A stretch of DNA of 64,000 nt from Squalus acanthias (Eukaryota), in NCBI GenBank assembly GCA_030390025.1, contig CM059431.1, forward strand, positions 123,506,001 through 123,570,000, given 5' to 3'. A program made the translations under genes and the position numbers. Every line of letters begins with the position of its first letter. Within the stretch, counting starts at the first letter, position 1. Positions 11,330 to 22,802 of this stretch are shown piece after piece. The notes below the pieces were generated by a model. The model did no database searches. It saw only the letters and a list, made by a program, of their open reading frames with translations, and had not been told where the DNA came from.

Positions 11330-12394
11330 TTGCTGCGTTCAATACTTGCCTTCAATAATACTTGCCTGCAAACAGCCGCCTCGATGACGACAAACACCTC
11401 GCTAAGGCCATCCCCACGCCTCCACTACTTGCCTTCAAACAGCCGCCGAATCTCCATCAAAGACGGACACCTCAGCACTTCACTCTACCGCAAGCCCACG
11501 GACAACCTCACGATGCTCCACTTCTCCAGCTTCCACCCTAACCATGTTAAAGAAGCCATCCCCTATGGACAAGCCCTGCGAATACACAGGATCTGCTCAG
11601 ACGAGGAGGAACGCGATGGACACCTACGGACGCTGAAAAACGCCCTCGTAAGAACGGGATATGACGCCCGACTCATCGATCGACAGTTCCGACGGGCCAC
11701 AGCGAAAAATCGCATAGACCTCCTCAGAAGGCAAACACGGGACACAACCAACAGGGTACCCTACGTCGTCCAGTACTTCCCCGGAGCGGAGAAACTACGC
11801 CATGTTCTTCGCAGCCTTCAACATGTCATCGATGACGACAAACACCTCGCTAAGGCCATCCCCACGCCTCCACTACTTGCCTTCAAACAGCCGCCTAACC
11901 TCAGAAGTACCATCGTTCGCAGCAAATTACCCAGCTTTCAGGATAACAGCGACCACGACACCACACAACCCTGCCATGGCAAACTCTGCAAGACATGCCA
12001 GATCATCAACACAGATACCACCATCACACGTGAGGACACTACCCACCAGGTACATGGTACATACTCATGTGACTCGGCCAACGTTGTCTACCTCATACGT
12101 TGCAGGAAAGAATGCACCGCAGCATGGTACATCGGCGAGACCATGCAGACACTGAGACAACGTATGAACGAGCACCGCGCAACAATCGCCAGGCAGGATT
12201 GTTACCTCCCAGTCGGGGAACACTTCAGCAGTCAAGGACATTCAGCCTCGGATCTGCGGGTAAGCGTTCTCCAAGGCAACCTTAGAAACACACGACAACG
12301 CAAAATCATCGAGCAGAAACTGATAGCCAAGTTCCGCACTCATGAAGACGGTCTCAATCGGGATCTTGGGTTTATGTCACGATACATGACGTGA
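11330..12394 (+). CDS. Truncated PLE ORF: RT thumb + Cys linker + GIY-YIG endonuclease; the N-terminus derives from junction patchwork
   Basis: LYRKPTD, PCHGKLCKTC, NVVYLIRC...WYIGETMQTLRQRMNEH, GLNRD. The same C-terminus recurs on the minus strand at 10861-11397. Confidence 0.85.
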   Translation: MLRSILAFNNTCLQTAASMTTNTSLRPSPRLHYLPSNSRRISIKDGHLSTSLYRKPTDNLTMLHFSSFHPNHVKEAIPYGQALRIHRICSDEEERDGHLRTLKNALVRTGYDARLIDRQFRRATAKNRIDLLRRQTRDTTNRVPYVVQYFPGAEKLRHVLRSLQHVIDDDKHLAKAIPTPPLLAFKQPPNLRSTIVRSKLPSFQDNSDHDTTQPCHGKLCKTCQIINTDTTITREDTTHQVHGTYSCDSANVVYLIRCRKECTAAWYIGETMQTLRQRMNEHRATIARQDCYLPVGEHFSSQGHSASDLRVSVLQGNLRNTRQRKIIEQKLIAKFRTHEDGLNRDLGFMSRYMT

Positions 12395-12727
12395 TCCGGA
12401 CTCGAGTCGTCGTTAGCTTGTTCACAGATGTGATTCCCAGTAAAAAAAGTAAAAATTTTCCCAGTAAAAAAGTAAAAAAATGTTAAAGCTTTTCGTTTTA
12501 CATACAGACGGCAGCTTTTGACACGTTAGAGCCCCTGCGACTACACCTCATTGTCTCAGTTGTATCTTGCTATGTCTTTGATGTGGTACCTTCCTGGCTG
12601 ACTTAATTAACTTTATCACACCTCGGCAGATAGTCAGGATGATTTAATTTATTGGTCTGCAATTGTAAAGTACACATTCTTTGTTTTCCATCTATATATG
12701 CTTTGGAGATTCTGTATCTAATTTACT

Positions 12728-12770
12728 TCACCTGAGGAAGGAGCAAATCGATAGCTCCGAAAGCTTGTGA
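12728..12770 (+). ncRNA. Minimal hammerhead ribozyme motif (mirror copy on the minus strand at 10485-10527)
   Basis: tcac-CTGAGGA-a-GGAGC-aaatcgata-GCTCC-GAAA-gc-tt-gtga; helix I tcac/gtga; palindromic helix III AAGCTT. Confidence 0.8.
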
Positions 12771-15245
12771 TTTCAAATAAAACTGTTGGACTATAACCTG
12801 GTGTTGTGCGACCTCTAAACTGAGGGACGCCATAGATTACCTGTGTTCTCGGTTCAAATCCAATACAAATTAATGGTATAAAAGTCTCGCGGTCCAATGG
12901 TGGTTAAATGTAAGATGAGCTTGCGTGTCGGTTCCTAGTAGCTAATGGCCCACAATGCAACACTAATCATAATTTGCTGCTAAATTAACAAGATCATTCA
13001 GAAGTCAAAACTATCTGCTGCGAGAATTGAAAGATTTCACACTACTATAACATGGGTTGCTCTTCAAAGGTCAGAGTTAATATGTACTGTTGGACAGAGC
13101 AAAGTCAACTTCATTCTGCATATTTCTGTACTATACCTGACCCGTGAATACTTGATGCCGATGAAGAAAAAATGTACCCCATCATTTACAGCACTGACAT
13201 TTCTCATCTTGCTGAGCATAAAAAATCACTAAAAAAATGCCTTGCAAGACCGAAATAATCCCAATTTAGTTAAATAACGGTAAAACCTGCTTTTTCTCTT
13301 TTTTCATAGAATCATAGAATGGTTACAGCACAGAAGGAGGCCATTCGGCCCGTCGAGCCCATGCCGGCTCTTTGCAAGAGCACTTCAGCCAGTCCCACTC
13401 CCCTGCCCTTTCCCCGTAGCCCTGCAAATTTATTTTCTTCAGGTACTTATCTAACTCCCTTTTGAAAGCTGTGACTGAATCTGCCTCCACCACCCTTTCA
13501 GACAGTGCATTCCAGATCCCAACCACTCGCTCAGTAAAAAAGTTTTTCCTCATGTTGCCTTTGGTTCTTGTGCCAATCACCTTAAATCTGTGTCCTCTGG
13601 TTCTCAACCCTTCTGCCAATGGGAACAGTTTCTCTCTATCTACTTTGTCTGGACCCCTCATGATTTTGAACACCTCTATCAAATCTCCTCTCAACCTTTT
13701 CTGCTCTAAGGAGAACAAACCCAGCTTCTCTAATCTATCCGCGTAACTGAAGTCTCTCATCCCTGGAATCATTCTTGTAAATCTTTTCTGCACCCTCTCT
13801 AAGTCCTTCGCATCTTTCCTAAGTTGCAGTGCCCAGAATTGGACACAATACTTCAGTTGAGGCCGAACCAGTGCTTTATAAAGGTTCATCATAACTTCCT
13901 TGCTTTTGTACTCTATGCCTCTATTTATGAAACTCAGGATCCCGTATGCTTTTTTAACTGCTTTCTCAACCTGCCCTGCCACCTTCAATGATTTGTGTGC
14001 ATATACCCCCAGGTCTCTCTGTTCATGCACCCCCTTTAGGATTGTACCCTTTAGTTTATGTTGCCTCTCCTCGTTCTTCCTACCAAAATGTATCACTTCG
14101 CACTTTTCTGCATTAAATTTCATCTGCCACGTGTCCGCCCCGTTCACCAGCCTGTCTATGTCTTCTTAAAGTCTATCACTATCCTCCTCACTGTTCACTA
14201 TACTTCCAAGTTTTGTGTCATTTGCAAATTTTGAAATTGTGCCTTGTACATCCAAGTCCAAGTCATTAATATATATCAAGAAAAGCAGTGGTCCTAGTAC
14301 CGACCCCTGGGGAACACCACCGTATATCTTCCTCCAGTCCGAAAAACAACATTTCACCATTACTCTCTGTTTACTGTCACTTAGCCAATTTCGTATCCAT
14401 GCTGCCACTGTCCCTTTTATTCCATGGGCTTCAACTTTGCTGGCAAGCCTAATATGTGGCACTTTATCAAACGTCTTTTGTAAGTCCATCTATACCACAT
14501 CAACCGCATTGCCCTCATCAACCCTCTCTGTTACCTCATCAAAAAACTCAATCAAGTTAGTTAAACACAATTTGCTTTTAACAAATCCATGCTGTCTTTC
14601 CTTAATTAATCCACACTTGTCCACGTGACTGTTAACTTTGTCCCTGATTATCCTTTCTAAAAGACTTCTCACTACTGAGGTTAAACTGACTGGCCTGTAG
14701 TTGCTGGGTTTAGCCTTACACCCTTTTTTGAACAAGGGTGTAACATTTGCAATTCTCCAGTCCTCTGGCACCACCCCAGTATCTAAGGAGGATTGCAAGA
14801 TTATGGCCAGTACCTCCGCGATTTTATCTTCCCTCAGAATTCTAGGATGCATCCCATCCGGTCCTGGTGACTTATCAACTTTACGTACAGACAGCGTTTC
14901 TAGTACCTCCCTTTATCAATTTTTATCTCATCCAGTATCTCGACAACTTCCTCTTTCACTATGACTTTGGCAGCATCTTCTTCCTTGGTGAAGACAGATG
15001 CAAAGTACTCATTTATTTCCTCTGCCATGCCCTCTGCCTCCATGCATAGGTCTCCATTTTAGTCCCTAATCGGCCCCACCTCTCCTCTTACTGCCCATTT
15101 ACTATGAATATGTCTATAGAAGACTTTTGAATTCCCTTTTATGTTAGCTGCCATTTGTAAAATTTCCAAAATTTGCAGATCCCCCAAAAAATATCTAAAG
15201 GAAAAAAATAAGGACTTTGCATCATACTAGGCTGCACTGAACTAG

Positions 15246-16238
15246 GTGTGCGTACTGTATGGGGCATGGTTGCTAGGCGAGGGCCGGAGTAACCTGGAGG
15301 ATTTAAAGCAAGGTTTAGTCCACTCCTGGATCAGCAACAAGCACCTCGCAGCCCTCCACCCATTTGAGAATTCACTAAGCCCGTGTCAGCTCTGTCTAGC
15401 CTCTGAAGCCTACCCTGTACTAGTAGATTGTGGGTGTTCCAATCACACTATCATGGGGATAGTGGTGAGGATGCCGGTCATGGGTGGGACCGCCCGACCC
15501 GCACTGGTATACAGGGTGCAGAACATTGGAGTCATTCAAGGGGGTGCACACATCCGTTTCACAGCGGTCCCACCTTATGTCATAAAGTGGGAGCATGCTA
15601 TGACAGGTACTGGCGTCTCCGGGTGCCGGAGCCGGGGTTCACACATAATACTGTGTCCCCAGCACTTGAACGCCTATTCTAAACCACAGTGTGGGTTTAA
15701 AGCTGCGGGCGCACGACCTATAAATTGTACCATGGAAGCCATGGCACAAGACCATGTTCCCCCACAGGTAACATATATAGGAGGTGGGACATATTGTGTC
15801 ACCACCAGCGCGCCTCACTACCAGTATGGACAGCATACCTGGTGTCCAGTAAGTGACAGCAGTTTCTGCTTTAAACCCGAGGCAGAAGTTCAAGTGGCCC
15901 AGGAACAGATTGTCCCCATTCCTGAACCCTCCACTGTTCACCTCACTGTAACACAAAATTTCACCAACCTGCAAAAATATGTAGCACATTTTGGCTACGA
16001 AATTCCCCCTCTACCGGAATGCCTTACCAAGTTACTAAAAGCTGTAGAGCTCTCTCAAAAACATTTCTACACTTTAGAACAAAATACACACGAGATAGAG
16101 AGAGAGATTCAAGGTATCACAGTCCCACCCTGGTGGGACATCTTCGAAAACATAGAGGTCCCTTCATGGGTCAGAATGGCTTCCCACCTCCTCGTAGTTT
16201 GCCAACTGGGAATAGTATTGTACCTGTTGTGCACTTAG
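15246..16238 (+). pseudogene. env: Envelope glycoprotein TM-subunit-like ORF (foamy virus Env / F-protein-like), N-terminally truncated
   Basis: 330 open codons immediately upstream of the PPT and 3' LTR. Cys-rich ectodomain, N-glycosylation sequons (NHT, NCT, NFT), heptad-like helix, PPWW membrane-proximal motif and a hydrophobic anchor. Family assignment is from recalled similarity only. Confidence 0.7.
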
Positions 16239-16615
16239 TGCAAGGGAAAGGGCAGAATACTACAGTTCCAAAATGAAAGGACTTGGAAGAAGCATTATGC
16301 TGAGGTGGAGATAGATACACCTGTTTACATTTTTTAATTCTGTGTTCCTGAATAAAGATTGTTGTTTTTTTGTGTTTTGTTCTTTTTAATAAAGATATGT
16401 GTTTTCCCAAGCAGTGCAGGGGTGTTGGACCCTCTCCGTGCTTGGTTGTGAAAGAAAGATTTTCTTGCCTGTATGTACCTAAAACACCACATTTAAAGGG
16501 GAATGTATGTTTGGGTTTTAGTTTAGGTAATACAGGGGAAGGTTGGTTTTCGGGGATCAGGAATTTTGTCCACCCAGGACGATACTGTAGTGAACTGAAG
16601 TATCGCAGGAGGGAC

Positions 16616-17528
16616 TGTAAGATTTCCAAAATTTACAGATCCCCCAAAAAATATCTAAAGGAAAAAAATAAGGACTTTGTAACTTTAAAGGAACATGTCT
16701 GGACATGAACAGCACGTGGATTGTCTGGGACTTCAAAGCCCAGCAAACATTAACATTTGGACAATAGGCCCTGGGAAAAGGCCACCCCGCCCAAAACACA
16801 GAGCCCATAGGAATGCTAGGCCCAGCAAGGAACCCAAAGCATGAGAACAATGCAAGCTTCCATGGAACAACAGCTCAACAGGATGTAAACCATTTGATTT
16901 GGTTTAGCATAGTTGAAAGCCCATCAAAATTTAACAAGACAATGAACAAGCCTCACCTGAAACTCACTGCATTACGAAACCAGTTTTCGTGAGGAGTTTT
17001 GTGGGGGGGGGGGGTGGGGCTGAAAAAGGACTATATCTGCAGCAGGACCCAAGATCTCTTTCTCTTTTGACTCGCCGACCACGCTGGAATGCTCCCTCTC
17101 AGCTCTGCCCAGAAGCCACATGGTAAAGGAAGACATTTGATGACCAGAATCTCCATCGACTTACCTGGCTGGATTTCGTACTGTTAATACCCCTGTTTGG
17201 TGAGCATTATCCCTGATCTCCTGAAACCGAAACCTAGATAGAAGTGGGATTTTTGGGAGGGATAAAGGTTTATTTTCTTGTATACTGTCATTTTCCCTCG
17301 CCTGTAACCGTGTGTTCTCTAAACCTGTTTAAGTGTGAAGTGTGTTTAAGTTTGTTACCTTTTAATTTTAATAAAAGTTACAGTTCTTATCATCGGAACC
17401 TGTTGTCTACTGCATATTTATTCACAACCCCTAAATAAGTCCAAGTTTTGAACCTGGGGCGTGGGAGCGATTTGAACCGCTCACTGAGTCAGGGGAAAGG
17501 CTGACCCCTAAAACAACCACTCCCTACA
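16616..17528 (+). repeat. 3' LTR of the env-bearing element
   Basis: Starts TGTAAGATTTCC after the PPT and ends CCCTACA before the TSD. TATA-like at about 17032; AATAAA at about 17370. Confidence 0.85.
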
Positions 17529-18165
17529 CATTCTATTCTCATACTCTCTTTTGCCCCTCGTATTTTCTTTTTCACTTCCCCTCTGAACTTTCTATATTCA
17601 GCCTGATTCTCACTTGTATTCTCAACCTGACATCTGTCATACGCCCCTGTTTTCTGCTTCATCTTACTCTGTGTCCTTTCATCATCCAGGGAGCTCTGGC
17701 TTTAGTTGCCCTAACTTTCAGCCCCCCCCCCCCGCCCCGTCGGAATGTACCTCGACTGTCCCTGAACCATCTCCTCTTTAAAGGCAGCTCATTGTTTGAT
17801 TAAGTTTTGCCTGCCAATCTTTGACTACAATTTACCCATTCTCAACCCACTGAAATTTGTCTTCCTCCAATTAAGTATTTTTACTCTAGATTGCTCCCTT
17901 TCCTTTCCCATAGCTAATCTAAATCTTATGATACTATGATCATTGTTCTCTAACTGTTCCCCTATTGACACCTGCTCCACTTGACCCACTTCATTCCCCA
18001 GAACCAGATCCAGCAATCCCTCCTTCCTCGTTGGGCCGGAAACGTACTGATCAAGAAAGTTCTCCTGAACACACTTCAGAAATTCTTCCCCCTCTCTGCC
18101 CTTTACACTATTACTGTCCCAGTCTATATTAGGATAATTGAAGTCCCCCATTATCACCACTCTAT

Positions 18166-19060
18166 GGGGGAAAAATTCAGTTGCTTGCGCCTCCTGTTAG
18201 CGCCTTAAGAGGGCGCTAATGGGGCGCAAAGCAACTAGCGCCCGGGCGCGACGATGTTTGCGCTGCTCGCGAAATTAACTATACATTTTGCGGTGGCGCT
18301 AAACACTACCGCCACGATCTCCTGCGCCAGCAGATTGTGACGTCAGTCGAGTGCGCAACGCCCCGGTAGCGCCCCGGAGCGGATATTGAGTGGCGCCCCC
18401 TGCCTTACCGCCTGCCGCTAGGAACGACAGGTTGAGGGGAGCATTTTGCAGTCAGGAAGGGACTGGGGGAGCGCTATTTAAAGGCGACCGCTTCCTGCCT
18501 TTTTTTGTTGGTGACATTTTTGAAGCACGCATTCTGAGAGAGAGAGAGAGAGAGACTTCTCGAGAGATTCAACGCTGTGTGAAGGAGTTTTGGGTACTGA
18601 GCAGCACTTTGCAGTGTCATTTTAATTTGCCCTTCCTTGTATCGATTTAGAAGAGACAGTGGGGGCTGCACTCTGAGCTCTTTCCCTGGTACTCTCCATT
18701 GTTCTTTCCAGCAGATTTGATGTACAAGTCTCTCCAGGCTGAGATTCAAGGCTGCAATGAGCAGGGTGTGGATGGGAAGCAAGATCAACCCACCCCTTTA
18801 AGAACTGGCCCACGCCATTGTGTGTGTGTTCCATTGTTGACTGACATCACATGAGCTTCGCCAGCGCTCTGAGGTAGCACCTCGCTCCTCGGCCTTTGCG
18901 CCTTAAGACAGATGTGTAGCGCCTGATTTAGCGCTCCAATCACCTCCAGGGGCGATAAACGTCAAGTTTACAGTCGGAGGTGATAATTAGCGCCAGGCGC
19001 TAATCTTTGCGCCCGGCCGATAATTGCACCCCAAAGGGGGCAAAACTGAATTTTTCGCCC
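18166..19060. mobile_element. Non-autonomous PIF/Harbinger-type element (MITE)
   Basis: TIR GGGGGAAAAATTCAGTT / AACTGAATTTTTCGCCC (16 of 17 match). 3-bp TSD tat at 18163-18165 and 19061-19063. Confidence 0.85.
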
Positions 19061-20534
19061 TATAGTTCTTGCACCTCTCAGTAATTTCCCTGCAAATTTG
19101 CTCCTCTATATCTTTCCCACAAGTTGGTGGCCTATAGAATACACCTAGTAGTGTAATTGCACCTCTATTATTTCTTAACTCTAACCAACTAGATTCTGTC
19201 CTTGACCCTCCAGGACATCCTGACTCTCCAGCACTGTAACATTCTCCTTAACCAATACTGCCACCCCACCTCCTTTCTTTCCTTCCCTATCTTTCCTGAA
19301 CACCTTATATCCAGGAATATTTAAAACCCAATCCTGTCCTTTTTTGAGCCAGGCCTCCGTTATCGCTAGAACATCATATTCCCATGTGGCTATTAGCACC
19401 TGCAGCTCACCAACCTTATTTACCATGCTTTGTGCATTTACACACATGCACTGTAAACCTATCTTAGACCTTCTTGTATTCTCTCTTAGTCTGACTCCAT
19501 CTAATACCTTACTATTTCTTGTCTCTCCCAAGCATTTGCGCACTTTTTTGTTTCTCCTTTCTAATGCTACATCCTGGTGCCAATCCCCCTGCCAAATTAG
19601 TTTAAACCCTCCCCAACTAGCAAACCCCCGCATGAGGATATTGGTTCCGGCTCTGTTGAGGGGCAACCCGTCCAGCCTGTACAAGTCCCAACTCCCGAGA
19701 ACCGGTCCTAAAGTCCCAGGAATCTAAAGCACTCCCTCCTGCACCATCTCTCCAGCCACATATTCATCTGCTCTATCCTCCTATTTCTGTACTCACTAGC
19801 TCATGACACCGGGAATAATCCAGCGATTACTACTTTTGAGGTCCTGCTTTTTAATTTCTTACCTAGCTCCCTAAAATCTGCCTGCAGGACCTCATCACTC
19901 TTTCTACCTATGTTGTTGGTACCGATATGGACCACGCCTCTGGCTGTTCACCCTCCCCACTCAGAATGTTCTGCAGCCGCTCAGTGACATCCTTGACCCT
20001 GGCACCAGGGAGGCAACATACCATCCTGGAATCATGTCTGCGGCCGCAGAAACACCTGTCTGCTCCCCTAACTATCGAATCCCCTATCACTATTGCTTTC
20101 CCGATCTTCCTCCTCCCCCCGCTGTACAGCTGAGCCACCCGTGGTGCCGTGGACTTGGCTCTGGCTGTACTCCCCAGAGGAACCATCGCACTCACCAGTA
20201 AATACTGGTTGGAGAGTGAGATGCACTCAGGGGACTCCTACACTACCTGCCTGGTCCTCCTTGTCTGTCTGGCGGTCACCCATTTCCTCTCTGCCTACAC
20301 ACCCTTACGCTGTGGGGTGACCACTTCCTGAAGCGTGCTATCCACGTAGCTCTCGGCCTCATGGATGCACCATATTGATGCCAGCTGTTGCTGAAGCTCT
20401 GAAACCTTTCTTCTTTTTTATTTTACCAATGTCTTGTGCATCTGACTCACAAATGTTTACATGCGATAAGACAAAACAAATGAAAAGAGCCACAAGATTT
20501 ATTCGGGTCTGCTGTTTTCAAATTAGAAAGAAAA

Positions 20535-20912
20535 CACTTGCTTTACAGCCAATATTGTCATCACTGTTGTTTCGTAGAGAAATGCAGCAGCCAATTTGTG
20601 CACAGCAAGGTCCCACAAAGAGCAATGTAATAAATGACCAGAAATCTGTTTTAGTGTTATTTTTTAAGGGATAAATATTGGTCAGGACATTGGGAGAACT
20701 CTCCTGCTCCTCTGTGAATAATGCCATGGGATCCTTGACATCCATTTGAGCAGGCCAATAGGGTATTTGTTTAAAAGATAGACAGCTGACAATGCAATAC
20801 TACATCAGTACAGTGCTAAAGTATTAGCCCAGATTACATGCTCAAGTCCTGGAGTGGGGTTTGAACCCAGAACCTGACAACTCAGAGTGCTGTCACTGAG
20901 CCAAGACTGATA
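20535..20912 (-). mobile_element. Deu-domain tRNA SINE, diverged
   Basis: Reverse-complement match to the 52875-53350 copy (gcagccaatttgtgcacagcaag; ggagtggggtttgaaccc). Confidence 0.75.
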
Positions 20913-21231
20913 CTGCTGTAACAGCAGTAGTTATTTCACTATTCCATGGTTGAGCCAATGACAGGGACAAAATGAGTAACATAGAGAGCAGCAGCAGCCT
21001 AGTTAGATGTGGGGGGAAAAGACACCCTAGCGCTTATTAATGGTAGTCATACAACCAGCGATGGAGCCGACACACTGCGTGGATGTGTGAAACAATAATG
21101 GATGTGATACAATTAGTGCGGAAAATGGTGAGCTGCTGGACTTTGCTAATGTCTGGGTGTGCAGGCAATATCAAATGGCAAAAATGATTTTAAATATTTG
21201 ACTAGAAACAAAAAAAAATGATTTGAGTACA

Positions 21232-21372
21232 ACTAGAAAGTACTGGAAATGAATAGCAGGTAAATCAGCATCTGAAACAGAAAGATGTCATTTTGGTTCA
21301 CCATTAGAACTGATGAGATTCTAGCATTTTCTGTTGTTATTTGAGATTTCCAGCATTTATAGCTTTCTTTTT
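21232..21372. mobile_element. Highly decayed PLE family 1 mini-element
   Basis: agaaagtactggaaat...cagcatctg ... gcattttctgtt...gatttccagcat resembles 38840-39071. Confidence 0.45.
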
Positions 21373-22025
21373 ACCTGTGCTCAGTGATGAGCGGGGACTC
21401 TTTTGCCTGTGTGTCAACCACCTTTTCATTTTGATTTTCAAAGCTTGATTAGATAGAAGACATTTACCAACGTTGACAATATTAAGGTTAACAAAAAAAT
21501 TATATAGATCTTTTTCCTACTGCCAGTGTGCTGTGACATCATTTGGGCCAAGCGTTTCCTCCGTACTTGTCCCCAGATACACATGTCATCTGGGCACAAT
21601 CCAATTACGTGGCTTAAAAGATCGTGAGGCCTTGGGTGGTGCAAGTGACTCATTTGCACAAGCAAATAAAATTTTCATGAGTCAGCAGACAGCAGCTGCA
21701 TGAAATCTAAGGCGGTGAAAAATGGGGCATATAAAGTGAATGAAGCTAACAACATACTAGTGTCTACAGGACCCTTACCTTCAGCAATCCAGAAATAACC
21801 CTCCCCATATGTTCAAGTGTGGATTCCCATGTAACACTCCCTTTGTGCATGATGAAAAAGAAGTGTTACCACTAGAAAAGATAAAAAGCATGCATCCAAA
21901 GCCATATTTATGCAAATTGTATAAACTCGCTGCTGCTTTGAAAAGATCAAATGGATGAAATTGAAACAAGCTTGAATAGAAACTGTCAGCTGTGGCTCAG
22001 TTGGCAGCACTCTTGTCTCTGACTT

Positions 22026-22648
22026 AGAGGATTTGAGTATAAGAGTAAAGACGTCTTACTGCAATTATATAGGGCCCTGGTGAGACCACACCTGGAGTAT
22101 TGTGTACCGTTTTGGTCTCCTTACCTAAGGAAGGATATACTTGCCATAGAGGGAGTGCAACAAAGGTTCACCAGACTGATTCCTGGGTTGGGAGGATTGT
22201 CCTATGAGGAGAGATTGAGTAAACTGGGCCTATATTCTCTAGAGTTTAGAAGAATAAGAGGTGATCTCATTGAAACATACAAAATTCTTACAGGGCTTGA
22301 CAGGGTAGATGCAGGGAGGATGTTTCCCCTGGCTGGGGAGTCGAGAACCAGGGGTCACAGTCTCAGAATAAGGGGTCGGCCATTTAGGACTGAGATGAGG
22401 AGAAATTTCTTCACTCAGAGGGTGGTGAATCTTTGGAATTCTCTACCCCAGAGGGCTGTGGAGCTCAGTCATTGAGTATATTCAAGACAGAGTCCAATAG
22501 ATATTTGAATATTAAGGGATATGGGGATAGTTCAGGAAAGTGGAGATGAGATAGAAGATCAGCCATGATCTTATTGAATGGCGGAGCAGGCTCGAAGGGC
22601 CAAATGGCCTACTCCTGCTCCTATTTCTTATGTTCATATGTTATGTTC
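22026..22648 (+). mobile_element. CR1 LINE family B 3' fragment
   Basis: ORF 22080..22475 (RPHLEYC...RRNFFTQRVVNLWNSLP); ends in ttatgttc repeats. Confidence 0.9.
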
Positions 22649-22802
22649 ACAAGGTTGTGGGTTCAAGTCCCACTTCAGAGACTTGAGTGCAAAAATCTAG
22701 GCTGACACTCCAGTGCAGTAGTGAGGGTGCGCTGTACTGTTAGAGGTGTCGTCTTTCAGATGAGACATTAAACTGAGAACCTGCCTGTTTTCTAAGGTCG
22801 AT

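Larger units (their letters stand above)
10391..12816. mobile_element. Penelope-like element family 2 with an inverted duplication
   Basis: 8-bp TSD aaactgag at 10383-10390 and 12817-12824. 899-bp arms at 10439-11337 and 11918-12816 are near-perfect reverse complements. A 48-bp tail extension lies at 10391-10438. Confidence 0.92.
15156..17528 (+). mobile_element. Internally deleted LTR element/ERV: 64-bp 5' LTR stub + env fragment + PPT + 913-bp 3' LTR
   Basis: TG...CA ends; 4-bp TSD catt at 15152-15155 and 17529-17532. 15156-15219 matches 16616-16679. Purine tract aggaggga lies just before 16616. AATAAA near 17370. Confidence 0.88.
13305..20406 (-). mobile_element. CR1 LINE family B, near full length and decayed (ORF1 SGNH esterase, ORF2 APE-RT); interrupted at 15156-17528 and 18166-19060
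   Basis: 3' terminal repeat catagaatcatagaat. RT fragments (GVPQGSVLGPLLF, KFANDTKL, NYRPVSLTS), APE fragments (MGDFNYPNIDW, LDLVLGN) and ORF1 esterase motifs (IGDSIVRG, CLPGARVKDV, DGL.LN). Confidence 0.93.

Noticed and set aside
10861..11397. Independent GIY-YIG nuclease gene on the minus strand
   Set aside because: It is the inverted arm of the same PLE insertion; its start codon lies in junction filler.
15246..16238. Domesticated syncytin-like gene
   Set aside because: No ATG or signal peptide, in-frame stops immediately upstream, promoter part of the 5' LTR deleted, and a probable premature stop.
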